In this document: positions 1-9,571 of the stretch, in pieces
Layout: each line of letters begins with the position of its first letter
Position numbering within the stretch: position 1 is the first letter of the stretch
IMG/VR virus record: IMGVR_UViG_3300037111_000040
Location: 32,001-96,000 of that record
From: a virus
Length of the DNA stretch: 64,000 bases
Strand: one strand, 5' to 3'
Program-made: the position numbers and the translations under genes
Notes under the pieces: generated by a model
The model's database searches: none
What the model saw: the letters and a program-made list of their open reading frames with translations, nothing else
What the model was told of the DNA's origin: nothing

Positions 1-1
1 C

Positions 2-586
2 GAGCAAGCTTGCGAGATCACGAGCCGCAGGATGAACCCCGCCCAAATGGTCCCGTTCGTAGCGTGCATGGCCGCTTGGTATGGACAGAAGGCGAAGGAC
101 TGGAGAGGCGTTAAGTTCGCCATCGAGCAGATCAGGGGACCGGGAGATACCTGCCAGAACCAGCTAAAAATCATGGGCTTCAACTACCACCACGTCCCGC
201 GCCGGTACGACTCGAAGAAAGTGAAGGACGACTCGAAGCACAAACAGGGATGGTACTCGACGACATGGAGTGTTCCGATCCTGATGACGCGCTTCGTCGA
301 GGCCGTGAACGGAGGGTGGTATATTCCAAAGTCTAGGTGGTTGATCGAAGAACTGAAAACGCTTGAGCGCCACATCACCGGAAGCAAATCGAAGATGGAG
401 CACAGGAGCGGGCAATTCGACGACCGCGTGAGAGCAGCGGCACAGAGCTACTTCACGACACACGATCTTGACGATCTTGCCGAGAGAGCGCAGAAGCGCT
501 ACGCTATCCCACAAAGGAAAAAGCGCGATCAGGAACCGGCAATGTGCGCGTCAAATGTTTTTTCAGTTGGAGACTGGAACGATTAA
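2..586 (+). CDS. Terminase large subunit, C-terminal nuclease domain (5'-truncated by window edge)
   Basis: Frame is open from base 2. Motifs 'AIEQ..GPG', 'LIEELKT', 'H.SGQFDDRV.AAA' resemble the terminase RNase H-like domain. Lies two genes upstream of the portal. Confidence 0.8.
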   Translation, partial: EQACEITSRRMNPAQMVPFVACMAAWYGQKAKDWRGVKFAIEQIRGPGDTCQNQLKIMGFNYHHVPRRYDSKKVKDDSKHKQGWYSTTWSVPILMTRFVEAVNGGWYIPKSRWLIEELKTLERHITGSKSKMEHRSGQFDDRVRAAAQSYFTTHDLDDLAERAQKRYAIPQRKKRDQEPAMCASNVFSVGDWND

Positions 587-597
587 GGGAGAATATC

Positions 598-987
598 ATG
601 AACGCACAATTAGGCAAGAAGCCAGTTTTCTACTATGACAGCACGCGGGGAGAAATACGTTCAGGTCTTCCAGAGCAGTTTCCGGCCCCGTATGGGTTCC
701 AGAAAATCGTTTGCAATACGGCTCATGAGGCTGAGATGTGGTCTGCTCGGCAGCGGAAATGGGAAGATTTCATCAACGGATTGACGGATCACGAGCGTGA
801 AATGGCTGAAGGACCAATACGCGACCAGATTCGCTCCGAGCGACGGCACTTGATGGCAAATGCCCGCAACAACTTCAACAGAGACTTCCTGCGTCGGGCT
901 CAAGAAGAGAGCGAAAAGAGGGAATATCCGTGGAAGTCCAAGCGCGAGAGTTACCTGCATTCGGAAGGCTTCGAGAGCGGACATTGA
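598..987 (+). CDS. Hypothetical protein
   Basis: ATG at 598 after GGGGAG RBS; 129 aa. Confidence 0.7.
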   Translation: MNAQLGKKPVFYYDSTRGEIRSGLPEQFPAPYGFQKIVCNTAHEAEMWSARQRKWEDFINGLTDHEREMAEGPIRDQIRSERRHLMANARNNFNRDFLRRAQEESEKREYPWKSKRESYLHSEGFESGH

Positions 988-1033
988 CAATTTTGTAGAC
1001 GCAAGAACGGCTTTGCCGTAAACTTCACACTGA

Positions 1034-3202
1034 TTGGGATTTGCAGCAGCAGTCGCTTGGGAGGCGACTGAACCGGGAGAGAACGAAGGCCGCGTGCCGC
1101 CAGAACTCGAAACAATCAGATGGCAAGTTCCCGGCTGGGAAGCCAGAGCGAGCGACAAGATCGCATGGATCGAAGAGCAAATAAAAGAGGGTGAGGGATA
1201 TCTTAGCAATCAGCCCTCGTACACGAACCTCACGCGCAATCTTCGCATTTTTGACGGCATATTCAAGGACAAAACAAAGTCTTCTCTCGTCACGAACCAA
1301 CTGAAATACAACATCAGAAAATTCTGTGAGACACTCGCTGAGGTCCGTGAAATCGCCGGATTTTCGAGCGATGTTCCGGCCTACAAACCGATGGCTGAGA
1401 TGCTCACGAAGGTCTCGAAGTGCGTCTACATCGAGTCCGACTTCCCGTACCAAATCCTCAGAGTCCTGCAATACGCGACCGTGATGGGTATCGGATATTT
1501 GTGGCCGAAAGTCGTCCCCACTGAGTACGGGTTCGGCCCGCGCGAGATGCGCTTCGATGCGCTCGGATTGCTGGACGTTGTCCCTGTCCAGATTCCTTCG
1601 CGAAGCAACGACGTGCAGGACGCCTATGCGGTCACAATCTACGACTACATGCCGATTGCTGAGGCGTATGCAAAGTTCCCGTTGTTCCAAGGCCAATTGC
1701 AGACAGTCGGGAGGAACAACTACAAGACGCTGATGCAAGCCCAGCGGCAGGATTTTGCGGCGACGTGGCGCTACGGAAGCATTGCAGAGACGCAAAGCCG
1801 CAGCTTCGGAAACCTCTACACCGAGATCAGGTACACGTTCATCCGCGACATACGGATCAACACGACAGACAAAGAAATGTTGATGGGCGATCCCGGAACG
1901 ACGTGGTTTTACAAGGTCCCTTACCTTGGTCAAGAAATTTTTGGAGGGATGAGAAATGGGCAACCTTACTATCGCCCTGCAATGGTGGAGGATTGCCGGA
2001 TTTACCCCAATCTCCGGCTCATTATATCTTCCGGTGGACTCGACAGGCCGATGTACGACGGCACTTCATTCGATTGGGATTCCAAGATTCCGATCATCCA
2101 GTACACGGTAGACGACTGGGCGTGGGAAGCGCTTGGACGCTCGCTTGTTGGGAACGTGGCGTCGATTGAGTCGACGATCCGCAAGCACGAGCGCCTCTTC
2201 GATCAGGTTCTCTCGGCTAGGCTCAATCCGCCGATGGGCTACGACTTGGACAGCACTGGTGGACCGAAGGTCGAACACTTCGACATCTTCGAGCCCGACG
2301 TGCGCCTCGGATTGGCGGGCGGCGAGCCGAGTAAAACATTCCAGTCGATCCTTCCAAAAGAGGTTGATGTAGGCGCAGAGAATCGCGAATTTTTGAAGTA
2401 CCTCGGCGATAAGGAACTCGCGCAACTTGGCCTCAATGACGTTGGAAACTTGGCCAACATCAAGCTGAACATCGCCAACGAAACAGCCGACAAGATGCTG
2501 GAGTCGATTGGTCCCATCGCGAAGGGAATCGCGATGAGAATCGAGAAGGCCAACAAGCGCGTTGGCGAAAGACTCAAGTTCCTTATCCCGCAGTGGTTCG
2601 ATGCGGCGAGGCTCATCGATTACGTCGGACAAGACAATATCGCCAAGGAAATGTTTGACTACGATCCGAGCCAGATGGTTCCAAGCCACTTACCGGATGA
2701 ATTCATCAGCGGTCTCTATCCGGAGACAAAGTCTCGCTATGACTTGACAACCAGAGCAAAGTTCTTCGTCAAGAAGCTGAGGCTCATATCTGTACCGAGC
2801 ATGTTGCTGAAGATCACGGCCATGCAGGAGCAACTGAAGTTCCTGCAATTAAAGCGGTCTCCAGATTGCCCGATCAGTTGGGACACGGTATTCAAGAAGC
2901 TCGACATTGCCAATCCAAAAGAAGAGATGCAAAAGTATTTCAAGGAGCAGTTAGAGCTTACGAAGATGAAGCTTCTAGCGGCGGCTCTCGCTCAGCAAGA
3001 AATGAAGAAGCTTGGTCTGCAACCTCCAGAAGAAGGCGGAGGCGCTGGCGGAGGCAAGGGTGGTGGCGGCAAGGGAGGAGGCGGTGGAGGTGGAGCACCA
3101 CACGCCGGAGGCCGTCCACCTTCAGGTCAGCGTGGGCCGAGGCTCGCGCAAAAAGGCGGAGCAGGCGGTGAGGCGAGAACGGTTGTGAAGGAATCGAGTT
3201 AG
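1034..3202 (+). CDS. Portal protein with Gly-rich C-terminal tail (start uncertain)
   Basis: About 720 aa, helical, between terminase and scaffold/MCP; size fits P22-like portals. Confidence 0.75.
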   Translation: MGFAAAVAWEATEPGENEGRVPPELETIRWQVPGWEARASDKIAWIEEQIKEGEGYLSNQPSYTNLTRNLRIFDGIFKDKTKSSLVTNQLKYNIRKFCETLAEVREIAGFSSDVPAYKPMAEMLTKVSKCVYIESDFPYQILRVLQYATVMGIGYLWPKVVPTEYGFGPREMRFDALGLLDVVPVQIPSRSNDVQDAYAVTIYDYMPIAEAYAKFPLFQGQLQTVGRNNYKTLMQAQRQDFAATWRYGSIAETQSRSFGNLYTEIRYTFIRDIRINTTDKEMLMGDPGTTWFYKVPYLGQEIFGGMRNGQPYYRPAMVEDCRIYPNLRLIISSGGLDRPMYDGTSFDWDSKIPIIQYTVDDWAWEALGRSLVGNVASIESTIRKHERLFDQVLSARLNPPMGYDLDSTGGPKVEHFDIFEPDVRLGLAGGEPSKTFQSILPKEVDVGAENREFLKYLGDKELAQLGLNDVGNLANIKLNIANETADKMLESIGPIAKGIAMRIEKANKRVGERLKFLIPQWFDAARLIDYVGQDNIAKEMFDYDPSQMVPSHLPDEFISGLYPETKSRYDLTTRAKFFVKKLRLISVPSMLLKITAMQEQLKFLQLKRSPDCPISWDTVFKKLDIANPKEEMQKYFKEQLELTKMKLLAAALAQQEMKKLGLQPPEEGGGAGGGKGGGGKGGGGGGGAPHAGGRPPSGQRGPRLAQKGGAGGEARTVVKESS

Positions 3203-3219
3203 GGATACAAGGAGATTGG

Positions 3220-3459
3220 ATGACGATCAAGGTCAAAGTTCAAAGGGATTACTTGAAAACTGAGGTTTCGTTGGACCTTCCGGCAAGTGTGTCGGAAGCA
3301 GACGAAATCATGCGGACGATGGAGAGCAACGGCAAGATGGTTGTTCTCTACAATGGCGGTCACGTTGCTGGAATAAACTTGGAGCAGAATACGAAGCTGA
3401 ACGAGACGCAGTCCGAAAAAGTTCGCCATTTAATTGCGATCAAGGATGAGATTCTGTAG
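3220..3459 (+). CDS. Hypothetical protein
   Basis: AAGGAG RBS; 79 aa. Confidence 0.7.
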   Translation: MTIKVKVQRDYLKTEVSLDLPASVSEADEIMRTMESNGKMVVLYNGGHVAGINLEQNTKLNETQSEKVRHLIAIKDEIL

Positions 3460-3521
3460 CGCATGGACGCGCTCGGAAAGCGCAGTTACAAGAAACTCTT
3501 AGACTTATCTAAAAATTTTGC

Positions 3522-3550
3522 TTGACAAGAATTTGGATAGGGTCTAAGTT
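3522..3550 (+). promoter_or_regulatory. Sigma70-like promoter for head genes
   Basis: TTGACA-17 bp-TAAGTT in an AT-rich intergenic region. Confidence 0.6.
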
Positions 3551-3667
3551 ACGGAATTGAATCATAGCGCGTGCCCCCCTCCTTTGGGAACAAGCGGCGG
3601 CTAGAGCGAAACGGCTCAGCCGCCGCTTTCGTTTGCAACCAACTTCAAACCACAAAGGAGAATCACC

Positions 3668-3769
3668 ATGAAGCATCGCGTATCGCTCAAGGGAGCACAC
3701 GTCAAGAAGGCCAAGGGCGGCAAGCGTCGCAGCAAGCGCCACAGCAAGAAGTCAGCCCTCAAGGCTTAA
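3668..3769 (+). CDS. Small basic protein MKHRVSLKGAHVKKAKGGKRRSKRHSKKSALKA
   Basis: AAGGAG RBS; 33 aa K/R-rich; below ORF-track cutoff; translated by hand. Confidence 0.75.
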   Translation: MKHRVSLKGAHVKKAKGGKRRSKRHSKKSALKA

Positions 3770-3805
3770 TCCGGTAGCCAACCTCTGAACGGGAGTTAGA
3801 AGCAC

Positions 3806-4117
3806 ATGGCTACGACAGGAATGCCTTCGCCAGATCAGCAGAGTCCGAGCGCCGCTCCACCCTCACCGGGTGGCGGCGCTTCGGCTCAGGTGCCATCGTC
3901 AGGCGGCTCCCAGTCAGGAGCACCGTCCCAAAATCCTGCCAATCAAATCCAACAACTGCTAGGCAACTGGAGTAACGTCGCGCAGCAAGTCGCGCAAGCG
4001 TACCCGCAAATCGCTTCGCAGATGAACAAGATCGTTCAGGCGATAGGCGAAGCACAGACTGCGATGGTCACGCCTTCACAGCCGACGCCTAGCGCACAGC
4101 AACCAATGATGGGCTAA
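3806..4117 (+). CDS. Pro/Gln/Ser-rich hypothetical protein
   Basis: GGGAG upstream; low-complexity 103 aa in the head module. Confidence 0.65.
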   Translation: MATTGMPSPDQQSPSAAPPSPGGGASAQVPSSGGSQSGAPSQNPANQIQQLLGNWSNVAQQVAQAYPQIASQMNKIVQAIGEAQTAMVTPSQPTPSAQQPMMG

Positions 4118-4134
4118 CAAAATCCGGGAAAACG

Positions 4135-4632
4135 GTGAATCTGAAAGTGAAATTTCCAAAGCCAACACGGGAGCCGAGCGAGATCGATTGGGCGAGACTA
4201 TCCGCCTTCATCGACGGAGAAGGTTCGATAACGATCGACAACAAGATGCACCCAAGCGGGAAAAGACTAACGTACCTGAAATTGGCCGTCTACAATTCCG
4301 ATCCCCGTCTCCCGGAGTGGCTCCGCGAGAGATTTGGAGGAGCGATTTATTTAGTAGATCGCGGCGGACAAAACTGGGCGAAATCTTATGCATGGCAGGT
4401 CTCAGCCGCACTCGCAGCTTCGATATTGACAAATTGCCTTAATTTTTTTGTTATCAAGCGCGAGCAGGCAGAGATTGGGTTGGCTCACCAAAGATTGGTT
4501 TTTAGGCCGGGAATCAAGGGCCACGATCCAAAGAATTACGAGCATCGGTTGGAACTGAGAGATCAACTCTCAATGCTCAAAACACCCACTTCTCGTCGGA
4601 AGGACCTGCGGGAACAGCCAACAATTCAATAA
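4135..4632 (+). CDS. Free-standing LAGLIDADG homing endonuclease
   Basis: 'WARLSAFIDGEGSI' motif, 'FGG' and 'LVIKREQA'-like C-terminus. Confidence 0.85.
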   Translation: MNLKVKFPKPTREPSEIDWARLSAFIDGEGSITIDNKMHPSGKRLTYLKLAVYNSDPRLPEWLRERFGGAIYLVDRGGQNWAKSYAWQVSAALAASILTNCLNFFVIKREQAEIGLAHQRLVFRPGIKGHDPKNYEHRLELRDQLSMLKTPTSRRKDLREQPTIQ

Positions 4633-4643
4633 ACCGGGAGATA

Positions 4644-5657
4644 TTGACTATGAAGACTTTAGGACAAGTTCTTTTACAAAGTGGCTGGACGCAGGAGCAG
4701 ATAGACGCTCTTGATTCGAAAGCTGTCAACGGACTCAATACCGTTCTGACCACGGCATCTCAAGCAGAGGCGACCGCGATTCAGAAAGAGCAAGAAGCGA
4801 CGGCGGCGGCGGCAAAGGCCGAAGCTGATCGCAAAGCCGCTGAAGATTCGGCGGCGGCGGCAAAGGCCGCACAGGACGCGGCAGAACTTTCCAAGCGCAG
4901 CGTCGACGAATTTTGGCACAACACCTACAATCCCGGCATCGCGCAGTGGGAGAAGGAACGCAACGAGTTGACGAAGAAGGCCACGGACGCAGCAGCCGAA
5001 GCGGCGTTCTATAAGACACAGAGAGAAGGCTACCTGAAGGAGTTCAAGATCGATCCGTCAAGCGCGCCGACCTTCGTTGCCCCGACCCCGGACCCAAAGA
5101 ACCCTGCCAGTCCGCCGACACCCGGCACTCCTCAGTTTGTCGACCCGAACGTGGTAGTCAGCCGCGTCGGTGACGGCATGAACGAACTTCTGAACATCCA
5201 GTGGAAGTACCAGTCGCTCTACGGCGGCGCACCGCTTCCAATGGCCCCGAGCGAACTCATCACGCAGGCGACGGCTTTAAAACTGAGCCCGATGGAGTAC
5301 GCGTCGAGGACGTTCAAGTTCGCCGAGAAGGAAGAGGCGGCACGCCAAGCAGCGGCCAAGGCCCACGACGATCAGGTCGCGGCGACGGCGACAGCGGCCA
5401 AGGACGAAGCGCACAAGCTGGAGCTTCAGAAACTTCAGGACGAGTTCAACGCGAAGGAACGGCTCCGCGCCGAACAAGCTGGAAGCAATGGCGATGTGAA
5501 GTTGCCTCCGGGATCATCGAAGTTCGCCGATTTACGGCGTGCGACGAGTGCTGGCGAGCGGCCCGATCCGACGAAGTTGACCCAACAACAGCGCAGAGAG
5601 TTGACGCTCAACAACATCCACAAGGCTGTCGAAGAGCGCGAGCAAGCAGTAGCGTAA
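4644..5657 (+). CDS. Capsid scaffolding protein (putative)
   Basis: Ala/Glu/Lys coiled coil immediately upstream of the MCP. Confidence 0.65.
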   Translation: MTMKTLGQVLLQSGWTQEQIDALDSKAVNGLNTVLTTASQAEATAIQKEQEATAAAAKAEADRKAAEDSAAAAKAAQDAAELSKRSVDEFWHNTYNPGIAQWEKERNELTKKATDAAAEAAFYKTQREGYLKEFKIDPSSAPTFVAPTPDPKNPASPPTPGTPQFVDPNVVVSRVGDGMNELLNIQWKYQSLYGGAPLPMAPSELITQATALKLSPMEYASRTFKFAEKEEAARQAAAKAHDDQVAATATAAKDEAHKLELQKLQDEFNAKERLRAEQAGSNGDVKLPPGSSKFADLRRATSAGERPDPTKLTQQQRRELTLNNIHKAVEEREQAVA

Positions 5658-5703
5658 GAAGTTCGATTGAAATAACGGCCTAACAAGCCAAAAGGAAACC
5701 AAA

Positions 5704-6984
5704 ATGCCAACGACACCGACCGATCCTCTCTTCAACGAAATTGATTCTTCGAACTTGGAGAGCGTCCGCAAGGAAGTAGTCTGGAATAACTTCTTCGTCG
5801 GAACTCCGTTCCTCGAAGAGCTACGCCGTGCGGGAGTAGCCGATCCGTACCTTGGCGGCGCTGGCATGACCGAGCCCTTCCTCTACGGTCGTCCGCAGGG
5901 AGCAGGCGTCAATCCGGGTCAGACGATCACGGTAACGCGCCAGCAGATCACCGACAAGCTGAAGTTCTACGAGAAGGGGTACGCGTCTTGGTTCCCGATG
6001 GACGACTGGGAAATGGACGACGGCTCCGGCACGGGCGGCGTCATCAACTCCGGTCCCTCGCGCATTTTCGATCTGTATGCGATCTTCATGGAAGCTCTCG
6101 TGATGCAGATCAACACCATGCTCGAAATGGACTCGTTCCGCCACGGGCAGCAATCTTCATCGACCGTTCAGGACAACCGCTACAAGGTGTCGAACGGCTT
6201 GGACGAGGCCCTCAACAACGGCATCGACACGTCGCTGTACGGCAACCGCTACACCTCTTACGGCCAGCAGGCTCGTAACGGCGCGGTTGGCGTTGCGATC
6301 AACACGACGCCGCTCTACCTCGGCCAGCAGGTTACGACCGGAACGGCGGCAGCGCCGTCAACGAGCAACCCCGGCCAGATCAACTTCGGTTCGTTGATCC
6401 AGCTTTGGTCGCAGTGCAAGGTCACGGGCGGACAGCCGAAGTTGGGCATCACGAACGTCTTCGGCTTCAAGGCCATCGCGATTGCGCTCGATGCATACCG
6501 GCGCGATATTTCGAACACGAAGCACGACATCACGTGGGACGCGCTCGAATTCAACGGGACGCAGATTTACTCCGATCCCCTCGCACCATCCGCTACAGCG
6601 CAGTACTACATCCCGCTCAGCGGCAACGCAGGGGCTTCCGGCAACACGTCCTTGGTCGACGGCGTGGGATCAAACACCACGACGATTGCTTACACGACTC
6701 CGCAGTTCTTCAGCACCACAGGCGCACCTTCGCTTCTGTCGCCGACGAACTCTGGTTTGCCATCGAACTCGATCATCCAGCCGTCCGAGGCCGTCTACTT
6801 CCTGACGCCGAGCACGTTCAAGCTCAGGACCACGGACAAGCCGGGATGGAACTTCGGCGTGCGCAGGACGAGCCAGTGGAACAACGTGAGCGTCGACACG
6901 ATCTTCATGCGGTTGGCAACGAACCTGTACTGTAACCAACCACGTCAGAACGCATATGCCTTCGGCTTCACCGCCATCGGCTAA
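5704..6984 (+). CDS. Major capsid protein
   Basis: 426 aa with strong C/G3 codon bias; position after scaffold; C-terminal 'TNLYCNQPRQNA' resembles P22/SU10-type MCP ends. Confidence 0.75.
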   Translation: MPTTPTDPLFNEIDSSNLESVRKEVVWNNFFVGTPFLEELRRAGVADPYLGGAGMTEPFLYGRPQGAGVNPGQTITVTRQQITDKLKFYEKGYASWFPMDDWEMDDGSGTGGVINSGPSRIFDLYAIFMEALVMQINTMLEMDSFRHGQQSSSTVQDNRYKVSNGLDEALNNGIDTSLYGNRYTSYGQQARNGAVGVAINTTPLYLGQQVTTGTAAAPSTSNPGQINFGSLIQLWSQCKVTGGQPKLGITNVFGFKAIAIALDAYRRDISNTKHDITWDALEFNGTQIYSDPLAPSATAQYYIPLSGNAGASGNTSLVDGVGSNTTTIAYTTPQFFSTTGAPSLLSPTNSGLPSNSIIQPSEAVYFLTPSTFKLRTTDKPGWNFGVRRTSQWNNVSVDTIFMRLATNLYCNQPRQNAYAFGFTAIG

Positions 6985-7038
6985 GACTGAGCGAAGCAGT
7001 TTTTGATTGACGGAACGAAGTAGTCAAGGAGAAACAAA

Positions 7039-7890
7039 ATGCCATTTCAGCCAGCACTTCCTACATGGCTTGCTCTGAACAACGTGAACAACTCGTCGCC
7101 CTCCGGCATGACCGATCCCATGACGGGATTCCCATACGAAGGCGGCGGGCTGAATCTCGGCGATTACTTCGACCTGACCAACGAGGAAGCTGCAACCGCC
7201 TACACGACGAACGGCATTCTCTACAATGGGCGCTACCGTTTCGTGCAAGTTGACTCGGGCGCGACCGCCGCAAACGTGAAGACGGGAACAGTCGGCTATG
7301 TGCGCTCTGGATCGACGGTCAAGTCGGTCATCGTCCTGACCCAAGGAACCGGCCAGACGGTCGGCACCTACCAAGTAGCGGCGACCGTTGGAAGCGGCGG
7401 TGGACAGGGAGCAATCATCCAAGTCATCGTCACTTCTCCCACAGCGATTTCTGTCTCTGTGCTCAACGCAGGATTCGGATACGTCTCCCCGCCGACTTTC
7501 ACCTTGGCGACGGGCGGAACTCCGGGTACCGTGGTCGCACAGTTGGGTCTCGGCCAGAACGTGGTCACGAGCGCGGACATCGCGTTGACCCCTTCAGGGA
7601 CAAACGCTGGCATCGGTCCGGTTCATCCTGTGATCTTCCTGAACTCCATCACTCCGGGCAATTACGGCTTCGTTCAGGAGAGCGGTGTGGCGACGGTTCT
7701 CGCAGCCTCTGGAGACACGCAGGCGCAAAGCCAGAACGCTCTTCCGTCCACGAGTTCGGCAGGCGAGATGGTCGCGTCATCGGCGAGCTACAGCATTCTC
7801 AATCTCGGTATCGTCATCGATCCGGTGACTGCACCGCTGGCTCACACTCCGTTCAAGATTCAGATGACAACGCCAATCTTCCAAGACTAA
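7039..7890 (+). CDS. Capsid decoration/cement-like virion protein
   Basis: Follows the MCP; 'GRYRFVQV...GNYGFVQESG' pattern; G/T/S-rich. Confidence 0.55.
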   Translation: MPFQPALPTWLALNNVNNSSPSGMTDPMTGFPYEGGGLNLGDYFDLTNEEAATAYTTNGILYNGRYRFVQVDSGATAANVKTGTVGYVRSGSTVKSVIVLTQGTGQTVGTYQVAATVGSGGGQGAIIQVIVTSPTAISVSVLNAGFGYVSPPTFTLATGGTPGTVVAQLGLGQNVVTSADIALTPSGTNAGIGPVHPVIFLNSITPGNYGFVQESGVATVLAASGDTQAQSQNALPSTSSAGEMVASSASYSILNLGIVIDPVTAPLAHTPFKIQMTTPIFQD

Positions 7891-7915
7891 ATGCAGGGGA
7901 GAAGAGGAAGAAACG

Positions 7916-8254
7916 ATGATTCTCAATACGCTTACTCCAGTCTATTACCCGAACTGGATCGGGAACCGGCAGGTTTATGTGGGAACGGGGACCGGACCGG
8001 CGTCCTACAACGCCACGAATGGTGATCCATTGTCGGTTAACTTCACGCCGTTCTTCGTCGATTCTGTCCTCGGCCCCTGCATTTCCGTGAGCGGGAACTA
8101 CATTGTGTTCCCTCAGATTTCGGTATCCGGCAAAGGTGGAAGCTGGATTCTCTACTGGTACGCTTTCAACAAAGCCACTGGAGCGTTGACCACCGCATCA
8201 GCAGCCAATCTTGCGGCGGAAGTCGTTCAGTTGGGTGTTGTCGGCGGTCCGTAA
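7916..8254 (+). CDS. Small virion protein (putative)
   Basis: RBS; beta-rich 112 aa in the head operon. Confidence 0.55.
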   Translation: MILNTLTPVYYPNWIGNRQVYVGTGTGPASYNATNGDPLSVNFTPFFVDSVLGPCISVSGNYIVFPQISVSGKGGSWILYWYAFNKATGALTTASAANLAAEVVQLGVVGGP

Positions 8255-8303
8255 ACGACTTTTCACAAGGTCTGCTAGACCCCTCCCGGTTGCAGACTAT
8301 CAA

Positions 8304-8345
8304 GCGCCTCCCTGCGGAACCCAATCGCCGTTGGGAGGCGTTTTT
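8304..8345 (+). terminator. Intrinsic terminator after capsid genes
   Basis: GCGCCTCCC...GGGAGGCGT stem followed by a T run. Confidence 0.6.
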
Positions 8346-8362
8346 ACTAAGGAGAAGAGGAC

Positions 8363-8527
8363 ATGAAGAAGATCAAGATTCGCAATCGCAAGGGCGTCGA
8401 GCATCGTTACGCGAAGCACGCGGTTTCCACGAACGCGCACAAGAAGGGGAACCTGAAGCTGACGGTCGCGAAGGCTAAGGGCGGCAAGAAGCACAGGAAG
8501 GGTTCGCACAAGACCCTGCTGACGTAA
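8363..8527 (+). CDS. Small basic protein (MKKIKIRNRKG...KGSHKTLLT)
   Basis: AAGGAG/GAGG RBS; 54 aa K/H-rich; hand-translated. Confidence 0.75.
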   Translation: MKKIKIRNRKGVEHRYAKHAVSTNAHKKGNLKLTVAKAKGGKKHRKGSHKTLLT

Positions 8528-8540
8528 GCCGGAGCCGAAA

Positions 8541-8696
8541 ATGGCGAAGCCCAAGGCAAGTTCGAAGCACCTGCTTATCGGCGCGGGCACCAAGTCGCTT
8601 GGCAGACCAGATGTCGTGTTCCCGAAAGGCCGCATGAGCCGGAAAAGCGGGAACGGCAAGACAACTTCGCGCAAGAAGCGTGTTTCGGGGAAATAG
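8541..8696 (+). CDS. Small basic protein (MAKPKASSK...RKKRVSGK)
   Basis: GGAG RBS; 51 aa; hand-translated. Confidence 0.7.
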   Translation: MAKPKASSKHLLIGAGTKSLGRPDVVFPKGRMSRKSGNGKTTSRKKRVSGK

Positions 8697-8700
8697 GCAC

Positions 8701-8937
8701 ATGGCGACCACTGGACGCATTCTTCCGAAGGCTCCAAAGGACAGAATCCCGCCTCCAGCAGGCAAGGATGATCGCTTCTTGGAGAAGATCGGGCCGCGAA
8801 ATACTCGCTACAACGAGACGGTACGAGCGAACAACAAACGCGTCAAGCGTGGGCAACTCAAATCTATCAAGAAATTCCCGCGCGGCAAGGCGGGCGACAA
8901 GATTTGGAAAGCCAAAAAGCGTGTGGCGGGGAAGTAG
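8701..8937 (+). CDS. Small basic protein (MATTGRILP...KKRVAGK)
   Basis: ATG 4 nt after the upstream stop; K/R-rich. Confidence 0.7.
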   Translation: MATTGRILPKAPKDRIPPPAGKDDRFLEKIGPRNTRYNETVRANNKRVKRGQLKSIKKFPRGKAGDKIWKAKKRVAGK

Positions 8938-8956
8938 GAGTGGAGTGTGGGGAGTG

Positions 8957-9496
8957 TCAGTCGTAATCGGAGCGCGGAAAATTGGTGCAAGCAAAGTCGC
9001 CGAACAATTCGATGGCCTTGCGGTCGTAGGCTCGCGCTGCGTCAATCGGATCATCAAAATACCCAGCATGGTATTTCTTCCCATTAACGAGAAGCTGAGC
9101 CCTCCATCGATTGTTCCAAACCACACCTTTATATCCAGACGTATTGTGTTTTCTCTTCTCACAGTTCCCGCCATTTTGGGAAACTGTGGATGGACGCAAA
9201 TTGCTCTTCACGTTATTCAGAGTATTGCGGTCTGCATGGTCATTTATCTTTCCATTGCTCATGACTTCGTTCTGCATGGCGATCATACGTCTTGGCGGTC
9301 CATCCTTGACTTTGCTGTAGCGGCGGGCATAGTAGGAACGTGTGTACTTATTCCAAGTCGCCATCCAATTATTAGCGCTAATTCTCTCGTACTCAGAGGC
9401 ATCAACTCTGGCCGTTTTACCTTTTGTGAGGGGAATGAGTTTGATAGACTGATCGAGCGGCTGCTCAACAGGGTGACGTTTCACTCTGGGCTCCAT
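8957..9496 (-). CDS. HNH-AP2 homing endonuclease (antisense to the structural operon)
   Basis: 'IPLTKGK', 'DHADRNTLNN..SNLR', 'NTSGYKGV', AP2 'AARAYD..AIELFGDFA.TNF'; own TGnTAAAAT -10 upstream. Confidence 0.9.
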   Translation of the reverse strand: MEPRVKRHPVEQPLDQSIKLIPLTKGKTARVDASEYERISANNWMATWNKYTRSYYARRYSKVKDGPPRRMIAMQNEVMSNGKINDHADRNTLNNVKSNLRPSTVSQNGGNCEKRKHNTSGYKGVVWNNRWRAQLLVNGKKYHAGYFDDPIDAARAYDRKAIELFGDFACTNFPRSDYD

Positions 9497-9571
9497 AGTC
9501 TCTCCGTGAAAGAGATTGTGCAGCAGAGAGCCGCACTGATTTCTGATTTTACCATGATCGGAGGCAGTTAA

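Noticed and set aside
1025-2689. Long minus-strand ORFs opposite portal and other structural genes
   Set aside because: No recognisable motifs; expected shadow frames of GC3-rich genes.
4135-4632. LAGLIDADG ORF as part of a group I intron or intein
   Set aside because: It lies between complete genes with very short flanks, leaving no room for a ribozyme core, and has no intein termini.
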